Of a DNA stretch of 64,000 nt, positions 9,310-17,374 are shown in pieces. The DNA is from Saccharofermentans sp. Its GTDB lineage: Bacteria; Bacillota; Clostridia; Saccharofermentanales; Saccharofermentanaceae. The notes beneath the pieces are model-generated. The model was not told where the DNA came from and did not search any database. It saw only the letters and a program-made list of their open reading frames with translations. The stretch spans positions 8,964 through 72,963 of the forward strand of contig JAZRYF010000011.1 of assembly GCA_045600625.1 (NCBI GenBank), given 5' to 3'. Position 1 is the first letter of the stretch, and each line of letters starts with the position of its first letter. Made by a program: the position numbers and the translations under genes.

Positions 9310-9828
9310 TTAAGCTTTTTTACCACAACAATTCTTATACTTCTTACCAGAACCGCAAGTACAAGGATCATTTCTACCAATCTTTGTAGAATGAGCAATG
9401 TTTGCTTCTCTATACTCACGTGTAATCTCAGCAATCTTGTCCTCAGCAAGAACCTTCTTCCATGCTGGGAGTTTGAAAAGCCATGTAGCCTTTGCATCTC
9501 TCATATTGTAGAAGAGCTTCTCATAATTGATATCAAGGTCGATATCAGAATCATCTGTTACACCTTCAACATCAATCTCATTATTCAAGGAAGACTTAAT
9601 ACCATCAAGGAAACCAACGAAAATGTCCATTGTGCTAGCATTAAAGCCAAGCTTCTTAGCAAGTTCGGAAGCCTTACCAGAAGTAAACTCCTTATTATCA
9701 GGGAAGCTGGATAAAATCTTCTCGTAAGCATCTCTCTCCAAAGAATAGTATGCATTAATATACTGTGTATAAGATGTCTGATCCTTTACATTTTCAGAAT
9801 TATCAATCCATGTCTCATAATATGTCAT
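9310..9828 (-). CDS. SEC-C motif-containing protein
   Basis: 172 aa. The C-terminus [22 protein letters not shown] is the SEC-C zinc-binding motif. Confidence 0.8.
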   Translation of the reverse strand: MTYYETWIDNSENVKDQTSYTQYINAYYSLERDAYEKILSSFPDNKEFTSGKASELAKKLGFNASTMDIFVGFLDGIKSSLNNEIDVEGVTDDSDIDLDINYEKLFYNMRDAKATWLFKLPAWKKVLAEDKIAEITREYREANIAHSTKIGRNDPCTCGSGKKYKNCCGKKA

Positions 9829-9848
9829 AAATTATTATCTCCTTAAAA

Positions 9849-11045
9849 TTAAAGCTTAGCTGCAATAGCCTTGAGGAAATCCTCAGTATTAACAACATTC
9901 TTTGTTGGTACATCAATGAGATTCTTAAGGTCACCTGTAATTGTACCCTCTTCAATAGTCTCAATAGATGCCTTCTCAAGCCTGTCTGCAAAATCAACAA
10001 GCTCTGGGAGTTCATCCATCTGACCTCTCTTACGAAGAGCACCAGTCCAAGCGAACAATGTAGCCATTGGGTTTGTAGATGTAGCTTCACCCTTCAAATA
10101 CTTATAGTAATGTCTTGTAACAGTTCCATGAGCGGCCTCATACTCATAAACACCATCAGGTGATACTAGAACAGAAGTCATCATAGCAAGTGAACCACAG
10201 GCAGAAGCGAGCATATCAGACATAACATCGCCATCATAATTCTTACAAGCCCAAAGAATTCCACCCTCAGATCTCATAATTCTTGCTACAGCATCATCAA
10301 TCAAAGTATAGAAATACTCGATTCCAGCTTCCTCGAACTTTGCCTTGAACTCGTTCTCAAACACTTCAGCGAAGATATCCTTAAAACGATGATCATATGT
10401 CTTGGAAATAGTATCCTTAGTAGCAAACCACAAATCCTGCTTAATATCTAAAGCATATGTGAAGCAGGAACGTGCAAATGACTCAATAGACTTATCAGTA
10501 TTGTGCATACCCTGAATTACGCCTGGAGCCTTAAAATCAAAAATATCCTTACGATCAACTCTTCCGTCTGGATATGTAACAACAATCTCAGCCTTTGCAG
10601 GACCATCTACTCTAAGTTCAGAGTTCTTATAAACATCACCATAAGCATGTCTTGCAATAGTAATTGGCTTCTTCCAGCATGAAACAAAAGGATTAATACC
10701 CTTAACAATGATTGGTGATCTGAAAACTGTACCATCGAGCATTGCTCTGATTGTTCCGTTAGGACTCTTCCACATACTCTTAAGGTTATATTCAGTCATT
10801 CTCTGAGCATTAGGAGTAATAGTAGCACACTTAACCGCTACACCTAATTCCTTAGTTCTGTTAGCAGAATCAATTGTAACCTGATCATCAGTAGCATCTC
10901 TGTTAACAAGACCAAGATCATAATATTCACTCTTAAGGTCAACAAAAGGAAGAATTACGATATCCTTAATCTGCTGCCAAATAACTCTTGTCATCTCGTC
11001 GCCATCCATCTCTACAAGTGGCGTCTTCATCTGAATCTTAGACAT
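9849..11045 (-). CDS. icd: NADP-dependent isocitrate dehydrogenase, eukaryote-like (subfamily II) type
   Basis: 398 aa. [28 protein letters not shown]... is collinear with cytosolic IDH1-type enzymes. Confidence 0.95.
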   Translation of the reverse strand: MSKIQMKTPLVEMDGDEMTRVIWQQIKDIVILPFVDLKSEYYDLGLVNRDATDDQVTIDSANRTKELGVAVKCATITPNAQRMTEYNLKSMWKSPNGTIRAMLDGTVFRSPIIVKGINPFVSCWKKPITIARHAYGDVYKNSELRVDGPAKAEIVVTYPDGRVDRKDIFDFKAPGVIQGMHNTDKSIESFARSCFTYALDIKQDLWFATKDTISKTYDHRFKDIFAEVFENEFKAKFEEAGIEYFYTLIDDAVARIMRSEGGILWACKNYDGDVMSDMLASACGSLAMMTSVLVSPDGVYEYEAAHGTVTRHYYKYLKGEATSTNPMATLFAWTGALRKRGQMDELPELVDFADRLEKASIETIEEGTITGDLKNLIDVPTKNVVNTEDFLKAIAAKL

Positions 11046-11087
11046 ATTAGTCCTCCATTTCTTAATAACCGTAATATTTTATTGTAT

Positions 11088-12083
11088 TTAACGACCTGTT
11101 GCAAGAATAAAGAACATTTCAAGACTTGTTCTTTCTTCTGCCTTTCCAGTCTTAATATCTACATCGTACAAATAGCACAATTCGTATAGTTTAAGAAGTT
11201 TTTGCATTGAAAATCTTTTGGACTGTCTTATTAATTTATCTGCCTGAAAAGGTCTTAATCCAAGTTTTTTTGCCAAAACAGAACTATTTCCAGTATCCTT
11301 CGCACAAATCAATTCCCTAAAGTGCTTGGCAATCATAAATCTGATTTTGGTTACAGGTTCTTTAAGTTTTATCAGATTATCAAGATAATAAAGAGCATCT
11401 TTTACCTGTCCATCACCTACTGCATCCATCATTTTAAAAATATTGCCATTAATATCAGGAATACACAAATCATCAACAATATTCATGTCTATTTTGGAAG
11501 CTCCAGAAGCTGATGCGTATATTGCTATCCTTTTTACTGCAGCATCAATATTACGCATCGAAGAATCATATCGACTTATAATGCTCTCTGTTGCATCGCC
11601 GTCAATTGTTAATCCGACTTTACCAAATCCAGAAACTATATATCTGCTTAGTTTTTCTTCATCAAGATAATCTATCTCGGAAATGACACCGTTTTTATCA
11701 AAGGCTTCATATAGTTTCTTTTTACGCTTATCAATGGAAATTGTTCTAAAAATAACAACAGTTGAATCAGGAATTGCCCCAATTAATTTGATTGTTTTAT
11801 CAACATCAAGTTTTTCATAGTCAAAATTACATACTTCAACTACACGCTTCGTAGAAGACCATGCTGGTAGTTCAATATTCTCGGATATTTTCTCTACATC
11901 AATAGCTTTACCACCAAAATCAAGTTTGATGTAATCCATTGATTCAAAGCCATCAGTTATGTATTTAGCCTTGATAGAATTAGCTGCTCGCTCGATATAA
12001 TAATCTTCCTTTCCATACAAAAGGAAGCATCTGTCCTCATCAGACTTAATTCTTCTGGCTAAGTCGGAAAGAGTGACAATCAT
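11088..12083 (-). CDS. holA: DNA polymerase III subunit delta
   Basis: 331 aa with a length and sequence pattern typical of HolA (LYGKEDYYIERA..., C-terminal helical domain). Confidence 0.85.
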   Translation of the reverse strand: MIVTLSDLARRIKSDEDRCFLLYGKEDYYIERAANSIKAKYITDGFESMDYIKLDFGGKAIDVEKISENIELPAWSSTKRVVEVCNFDYEKLDVDKTIKLIGAIPDSTVVIFRTISIDKRKKKLYEAFDKNGVISEIDYLDEEKLSRYIVSGFGKVGLTIDGDATESIISRYDSSMRNIDAAVKRIAIYASASGASKIDMNIVDDLCIPDINGNIFKMMDAVGDGQVKDALYYLDNLIKLKEPVTKIRFMIAKHFRELICAKDTGNSSVLAKKLGLRPFQADKLIRQSKRFSMQKLLKLYELCYLYDVDIKTGKAEERTSLEMFFILATGR

Positions 12084-12658
12084 ACATCAAATCCTTTACT
12101 ATGTGCCCAGCACCAGCAATAAGCTTGTGTTCTTGCCGCAAAATGAGTGTCAGTTTTAAGCATTTCGCGAATCTCTTCCTTAGAGTACCAATTAGCTTCA
12201 ATTTCTTCTTCTGCAGAAGTTGAAGGAGCAAATTCACCTTCGGCTACACCTAAAATTACGACAGAGCGCTCATCCATAACGCCAACAGCACTATATGCCA
12301 TAGGCCACAAATCTTTAATCTCAGTAAGATTAAGACCTGTCTCCTCCCATAACTCACGTGTTGCTGCTGTCTTATAGTCTTCTCCAGGATCAATCAAACC
12401 TGCAGGAAAGTTATAACAGTAATCTCCCACAGCCATACGGAATTCTTTATTTAGCAGAATCTTCTCCCCTGTTTTATCGTGAATCATAAGCACAACAGCC
12501 TGCGCAGGGGAATTTTTAATATCCTCCAAAGTCTTAATATCAGGCGTTCTTGAAATCATCTCATAATTCTTGATGTTGCCATCAGAAGTTTTGTACTTAA
12601 CATCAAAGCGAGTAATAAATCTGCTGCTAAATACCTTATCAATACTTATAAATTCCAT
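12080..12658 (-). CDS. NUDIX hydrolase
   Basis: 192 aa with the Nudix box GLIDPGEDYKTAATRELWEETGL. Confidence 0.85.
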   Translation of the reverse strand: MEFISIDKVFSSRFITRFDVKYKTSDGNIKNYEMISRTPDIKTLEDIKNSPAQAVVLMIHDKTGEKILLNKEFRMAVGDYCYNFPAGLIDPGEDYKTAATRELWEETGLNLTEIKDLWPMAYSAVGVMDERSVVILGVAEGEFAPSTSAEEEIEANWYSKEEIREMLKTDTHFAARTQAYCWCWAHSKGFDV

Positions 12659-13272
12659 TATCCAAGCCTCTTCTTAAGGATTTCATCAGATGCAAGAGAG
12701 TACCCGAAGAATCCAATTTTCTTTCCTAACAGGAAGTATTCTCCATGATTATAAACAACCAAATTAGCCTTATCCAAACAAAGCTTACCATTCTCATCAA
12801 GCAGATAAGAATCAGCAGTAATTCCTACAATATCTGCCAGATACATGTCATGTGAACCAAGCTCGGTCTTTGATCTTACCTTACACGACAAAGAAACAGG
12901 AGCTTCCTTAATTGCATAGGCATAGTTAAGAAACTCAGACTTAACTGGAGTTAAACCACATTCCTTAAACTTATCCAAATCACTTCCGCTCTTAACACCA
13001 CAAAAATCACATGATTTAGCTAGTGACTTACTAACCAAATTAACGACAAACTCACCAGTTTCTTCAATGATTCGATGCGAATGTCGTGATTTACGAACAG
13101 AAATACTAAGCACTGGGGGTTCAGAATTAACAGTACCAGTCCAAGCTACTGTAATTATGTTAGGTCTGTCCATTACATCTTCAGTTTTTTTACCAGCGCA
13201 TGAAACCATCACAACTGGTACTGGATTAAGTAATGTCGATATACCTATTTCGGTTTTATCATGTTTTGCCAT
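12658..13272 (-). CDS. Flavin reductase family protein (flavoredoxin-like)
   Basis: Flavin-reductase-like sequence (NIITVAWTGTVNSEPPVLSISVRKSRHSHRIIEETGEFVVNL). I place the start at ATG 13272 behind GAGGAG. The longest ORF reaches 13305. Confidence 0.8.
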   Translation of the reverse strand: MAKHDKTEIGISTLLNPVPVVMVSCAGKKTEDVMDRPNIITVAWTGTVNSEPPVLSISVRKSRHSHRIIEETGEFVVNLVSKSLAKSCDFCGVKSGSDLDKFKECGLTPVKSEFLNYAYAIKEAPVSLSCKVRSKTELGSHDMYLADIVGITADSYLLDENGKLCLDKANLVVYNHGEYFLLGKKIGFFGYSLASDEILKKRLG

Positions 13273-13282
13273 ATATTCTCCT

Positions 13283-14278
13283 CTAACATAGCGGTAAAGC
13301 CGCAAATAATTCGTGTGTCAGCAAAAAGTCCTTAAACTCTACACCATCCTTGAAGCCAACTAACTTACCATCCTTACCGATAACCCGGTGACAAGGAATA
13401 ATAATAGGAACCGGATTCTCAGAACAGGCATGACCAACAGCTCTGGTAAGCTTTCTTGCCTTAACCTTATCATTATCAGATAAAACAAGTGCAATATCTT
13501 CATAGCTTCGAGTATCACCAAAAGGTATCTTCTTAAGCTCATTCCATACATCAAGTCTGAAGTCAGATGTTTGTGGTAGTTTGATATTGATATCAAAACT
13601 GGTTCTTTCCTTAGTCAGATACTCTCTAATCTCAGAAATTGCTCGTAAAACTTCTGCAGGAAGACCTTCAACAGAATAAAATTCATAATTCTCATGACCT
13701 CTGCTTAGCAGAAGACCATTTTCCATAAGGCCACTATAGTCTGCACAAAGTCTTATAAATCTGTTATCAACAGGAGAACCATAACTTAAGAAAGAGATTT
13801 CATCAACATAATCAATTCCGCCGCATATAGCGATAACTCCACGCTGGAATGGAATAAAACCAACATTATACGAAGTAAACATAGGAGCCGTAATATAAAA
13901 TAAACCAGCGTCCTCAAAACTTCCGTTTACTTCAACCTCATTATGAAGTACAGCTTCCTGAATAAATCCGTTACGCATTAAGATTTCTTCAATATTCGTC
14001 TCATCCATAGCAAGCACAATACTTACTTTGTATATTTCCTTCTCGAAAAGCAAATATTTAAGGACTTCATTAACAAATGAATCTGTAAGCTCGCCATAAA
14101 GCTTGATCACTACAGAATTACTGCCAAACTTACTATAAGTCGCGAGTGACAGGTAATCACTAGTAATTACTGACTTATTATCTCGTAGAAAATCTTCAAC
14201 AAGCATAGTCTTATCTAAGCCAAGTGTAGTCTTTAATTTTGAGGCATCCTTTATTAAAGCTTCACGAACTACTGACAT
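13283..14278 (-). CDS. Fusion protein: GNAT-like N-terminal domain plus methylated-DNA--protein-cysteine methyltransferase
   Basis: The C-terminal part has the MGMT active site IPCHRVIG and a DNA-binding helix. The preceding FIPFQRGVIAICGG region resembles the MGMT N-domain. The first ~130 aa resemble a RimJ/L-type GNAT fold. The likely start is ATG 14278, 1 nt after the upstream stop. Confidence 0.8.
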   Translation of the reverse strand: MSVVREALIKDASKLKTTLGLDKTMLVEDFLRDNKSVITSDYLSLATYSKFGSNSVVIKLYGELTDSFVNEVLKYLLFEKEIYKVSIVLAMDETNIEEILMRNGFIQEAVLHNEVEVNGSFEDAGLFYITAPMFTSYNVGFIPFQRGVIAICGGIDYVDEISFLSYGSPVDNRFIRLCADYSGLMENGLLLSRGHENYEFYSVEGLPAEVLRAISEIREYLTKERTSFDINIKLPQTSDFRLDVWNELKKIPFGDTRSYEDIALVLSDNDKVKARKLTRAVGHACSENPVPIIIPCHRVIGKDGKLVGFKDGVEFKDFLLTHELFAALPLC

Positions 14279-14279
14279 G

Positions 14280-15425
14280 TTAAGAACCCTCTGGAAGAGA
14301 ATAAACAGCATTACTCATAAACTGTTCATAAAGCATCGCCTGAGAACCAAACTCACTGTCACTGGATAAAATTTCCCATACAGCTGGAGATGATATTACT
14401 GGGAAATATCCTCTCTCTATCTCAAGTCTGTTAATAAGCATTTGAGCATCACGGTCAAAGCATATAAAAGCTGCAAAATCAGCTGCGAACTGATACTCAT
14501 TACTATTACTTGATACACATAAAGGATAAACAGTTGCATATACATTATCAGTAGGAAGCATTGTAAAATATAAGCCATCAGGATAGTAAGAATTCCACGT
14601 ATCAAATTCTCCCGAATTCATAAGCCATACCCCACATGAACGAGATAATCTAGAATCGGTACCATCCTCTTCATTAACTTCAAAAAAACCGTCACCAAGA
14701 TATTCATTAAAATCTAATGGGTTATAAACGGATGTAATCTCATAATTAGATGGTATAGAGTCAACAAAATCATAGAATTCATCAGCAGACATTGAGAATG
14801 GAGGTATACCACTCTCTGGCAGATAATCCTTATTACCTGCAATCATCATAACTGTAGAATAAAAAGGTAGTCCCATATAGCCATCGCCAAAAAGTAAAGG
14901 CTCTAATGCACCAAGATAGATAGAAGAACTTAAAAAGTCATTGTCAAATAAATATGAATCAAGAGGCACTATTAACCCACTTCTATTTAAAGATTCAATA
15001 TCTGGTGTCAGAAATAAATCTGGAACACCTGAAGTTTCACTTAACTGAACTATAGTTGAAAGAGTCTCACCTTCACCTGTAGTTGTTATTGTATTAGCAA
15101 TCCAGGTAGTACTAATAGCATTAAGATACTCAAGACTAATGTCAAGGCCATTATGATCATCAGGAAAAATTCCATGAGCCTTCGCATAATATAGCTTCAT
15201 CAGGTAATTAACAGTGTCTTCTGATAAAGGTAAAGCAACAGTAATCTCATGAAAACTATTATCAGAATATACAGGAGAATCGATAATAACATCAGTTGAA
15301 TTCGTATTATCCTGAGGGAAATTAAGCACCGGAAAAGCAGATTCTTCTGAGAAGCAACCTGAAAAAGCAAATAGCATAAAAAATATCAATATCAAAGATG
15401 CAAATCTATTTACACGAGAACACAT
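14280..15425 (-). CDS. Lipoprotein, distantly solute-binding-protein-like
   Basis: 381 aa with a signal peptide and lipobox (LFAFSGC). It has a periplasmic-binding-protein-like composition. AGGTGA RBS. Confidence 0.7.
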   Translation of the reverse strand: MCSRVNRFASLILIFFMLFAFSGCFSEESAFPVLNFPQDNTNSTDVIIDSPVYSDNSFHEITVALPLSEDTVNYLMKLYYAKAHGIFPDDHNGLDISLEYLNAISTTWIANTITTTGEGETLSTIVQLSETSGVPDLFLTPDIESLNRSGLIVPLDSYLFDNDFLSSSIYLGALEPLLFGDGYMGLPFYSTVMMIAGNKDYLPESGIPPFSMSADEFYDFVDSIPSNYEITSVYNPLDFNEYLGDGFFEVNEEDGTDSRLSRSCGVWLMNSGEFDTWNSYYPDGLYFTMLPTDNVYATVYPLCVSSNSNEYQFAADFAAFICFDRDAQMLINRLEIERGYFPVISSPAVWEILSSDSEFGSQAMLYEQFMSNAVYSLPEGS

Positions 15426-15473
15426 AAATTCACCTGTAAAAATTATACCATTCTTTTAAATATTGATGCACTC

Positions 15474-15523
15474 TGTTCTGCAAGTTGTCGCTATCTAAAT
15501 AAAATGCCCCATTGTTCTGCAAG
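15474..15523. repeat. Two copies of TGTTCTGCAAG(T/C)TG..CGC spaced 39 nt apart
   Basis: TGTTCTGCAAG occurs at 15474-15484 and again at 15513-15523, in the spacer between tRNA-Leu and the lipoprotein gene. Confidence 0.7.
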
Positions 15524-15582
15524 CTGCGCACGAACGAAGTGAGAAGCACTGTTCGACGCCAAGAACAAAGGGGCTTATTTTG

Positions 15583-15668
15583 TGGTGCGGATAGCGGGAC
15601 TCGAACCCGCACGGGATTGCTCCCACCAGCACCTGAAGCTGGCGCGTCTGCCATTTCACCACATCCGC
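15583..15668 (-). tRNA. tRNA-Leu (anticodon CAG), type II with long variable arm, CCA encoded
   Basis: The reverse complement is GCGGATG TG GTGAAATGGCAGACGCG CCAGC TTCAGGT GCTGG TGGGAGCAATCCCGT GCGGG TTCGAGT CCCGC TATCCGC A CCA. It has a 7-bp acceptor stem, a TTCGAGT T-loop and the anticodon loop TT-CAG-GT. Confidence 0.92.
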
Positions 15669-15718
15669 AAGGCTTAAGAATATTACAACAAAATAATATT
15701 TAAAACAATGGCAATATA

Positions 15719-17206
15719 TTAAAGCAAGGACTTCACTGCTTCTGCATCATAAGTTACAGATAAAATTTTCTCCACTTCTATTCTATACAACGCGTTGGCA
15801 ACAATATGCTCTGCTGCCTGCTCGAGATCTCGAATACCGCTAGTAGTTTTATAAGTATCAATAATGGCATCTAAGCCATCTTCTGTAATAGTACATTCTT
15901 CAGGCTTAAGGCCAATTTTTCTTAAAACCTTAGGCATTACAAACTGAGTAAAAATAGCCTTCTTCTCATCAAAGCTATAGTCAGGCAACTCAATTACAGC
16001 AAATCGAGACATCAACGGGGCACTAATCTGAGACTTATCATTAGCTGTAGCGATTGGATATACACCACTAGTTGGAATATTGCACTCAATATAGTTATCT
16101 GTAAATCCAAGGTTATCAAGAAGAGTCAAAAGAACATCAGCAGGATTTCCGTTACCTTTACCAGCAGATGCTTTATCCAGCTCATTAATGATAAATACCA
16201 GATTTGAACTCTCAGCCTTCTCAAATGTCTCCATAATAATTCCTGGCTTAGCGTTGGAATAAACTCGTGAGCTTCCTGTAAGCTGCTCAGGATCGTTGAT
16301 GGAACTCATTTCGAGAGTAGTCCAAGGCATCTTAAGAATTTTTGCTACAGCATAAGCCAGCTGAGATTTACCAGTACCTGCAGGGCCGATAAGTAAAAGT
16401 CCATAAGCAGGAAGAGTATGAGTTCTATTAATCTGAATAATAGTCTCGATAATTCTCTGCTTTACCTTCTCCATGCCATATAATTCTTCATCAAGAATCT
16501 TTCTGGCCTCAACAGGATCAATCGCTTCAAAATAATCATTCTTCCAATGAATGCTGAACATTATTGAAAGTGCACGAAGAGCATGTCTTCTCTCTTCAGG
16601 AGTAACTTCACTAGATTTTGCAATTGCTAAATTACGCTTAGCCCACATACGAATATTTTCAGGTAAAGTATTACCAGCACACGTAAGAAAATCAGCAATA
16701 CTTTGTACGCTGGTTAATTTCATGTTATCAGAATCTTCAATATCATCTGGATCTTTTTCTGTGTCAGATGGAGCCTCGCTTTGAAATAATCTTCCAAGCA
16801 TAAACTGCAAAAAGCCATTCTCGCCTGCAAGCTTAGCGCCACGAACAGCAATTCCAGTCTCCATAATCTTATAAATCCAGTATTCACCATCCTTTGCAAT
16901 ACCAGATAATCTAACCATTACATGGCTATCACCAAGCCATTTAACGAGACTTACAAATCTTGAATCAATTCTTAAAATGTCTTCATTAATATTTTCACCA
17001 TCATCAGTTTCAAGAGTAAAAGAAGTACCCTTAGTTGGACTTGTAAACATGCCACATGAATGATGCTTAAGTTTTCCTGCCTTATTACTAATTACAATAA
17101 TAGGATTCTGTGCGTCTGCAGTTCTTCTATCAGAATCAAATGTTGTATATGTAACTGTTACATCAGCCTGTTCGTCACTCTTAGTATTAAAATCAAATAC
17201 TGGCAT
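15719..17206 (-). CDS. Lon-type AAA+ ATPase without a protease domain, with an N-terminal domain of unknown function
   Basis: 495 aa. Residues ~215-495 are collinear with the Lon AAA+ module: ARKILDEELYGMEKVKQRIIE, Walker A GPAGTGKS, IINELDK, ATAN sensor-1, PLMSRF, SGIRDLEQ. The protein ends right after the AAA+ alpha-domain. Confidence 0.8.
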   Translation of the reverse strand: MPVFDFNTKSDEQADVTVTYTTFDSDRRTADAQNPIIVISNKAGKLKHHSCGMFTSPTKGTSFTLETDDGENINEDILRIDSRFVSLVKWLGDSHVMVRLSGIAKDGEYWIYKIMETGIAVRGAKLAGENGFLQFMLGRLFQSEAPSDTEKDPDDIEDSDNMKLTSVQSIADFLTCAGNTLPENIRMWAKRNLAIAKSSEVTPEERRHALRALSIMFSIHWKNDYFEAIDPVEARKILDEELYGMEKVKQRIIETIIQINRTHTLPAYGLLLIGPAGTGKSQLAYAVAKILKMPWTTLEMSSINDPEQLTGSSRVYSNAKPGIIMETFEKAESSNLVFIINELDKASAGKGNGNPADVLLTLLDNLGFTDNYIECNIPTSGVYPIATANDKSQISAPLMSRFAVIELPDYSFDEKKAIFTQFVMPKVLRKIGLKPEECTITEDGLDAIIDTYKTTSGIRDLEQAAEHIVANALYRIEVEKILSVTYDAEAVKSLL

Positions 17207-17284
17207 AGTTAACCTCGATTAAACAATAAAATCTATGAACTATACGATAATAACATATGTGAAAAATATAAGTAATAATTTAAG

Positions 17285-17358
17285 TTGAAAATATAAGGCA
17301 TTTGAGTTATTGTAATTGCTATCTATGTATTATTAATATATATGAATAAATATACATT
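17285..17358 (+). promoter_or_regulatory. Putative argG promoter with ARG-box-like operator(s)
   Basis: TTGAAA (17285-17290), a 17-nt spacer, then TATTGT (17308-17313). TGAATAAATATACA (17343-17356) matches the ARG box core TGAATwwwwATTCA with 1 mismatch. A weaker copy, TGTATTATTAATAT, lies 18 nt upstream. An argR gene is present at 45437-45898. Confidence 0.3.
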
Positions 17359-17374
17359 GAAAGAAGGTTTTAAA

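Noticed and set aside
15442-15450. Extended -10 element (TGGTATAAT on the minus strand) for the lipoprotein gene
   Set aside because: The predicted start site would fall inside the AGGTGA ribosome-binding site, only ~10 nt before the ATG, and there is no decent -35. It is not reported as a promoter.
15430-15654. 74-aa ORF overlapping tRNA-Leu
   Set aside because: Its 5' part is the tRNA sequence itself (MADAPASGAGGSNPVRV...). It is an artefact.
15426-17341. Possible genomic island or integrative element at the tRNA-Leu gene
   Set aside because: There is no integrase, no tRNA 3'-end duplication and no phage or plasmid gene. Only a single AAA+ gene lies beside the tRNA, and its composition looks like the rest of the window.
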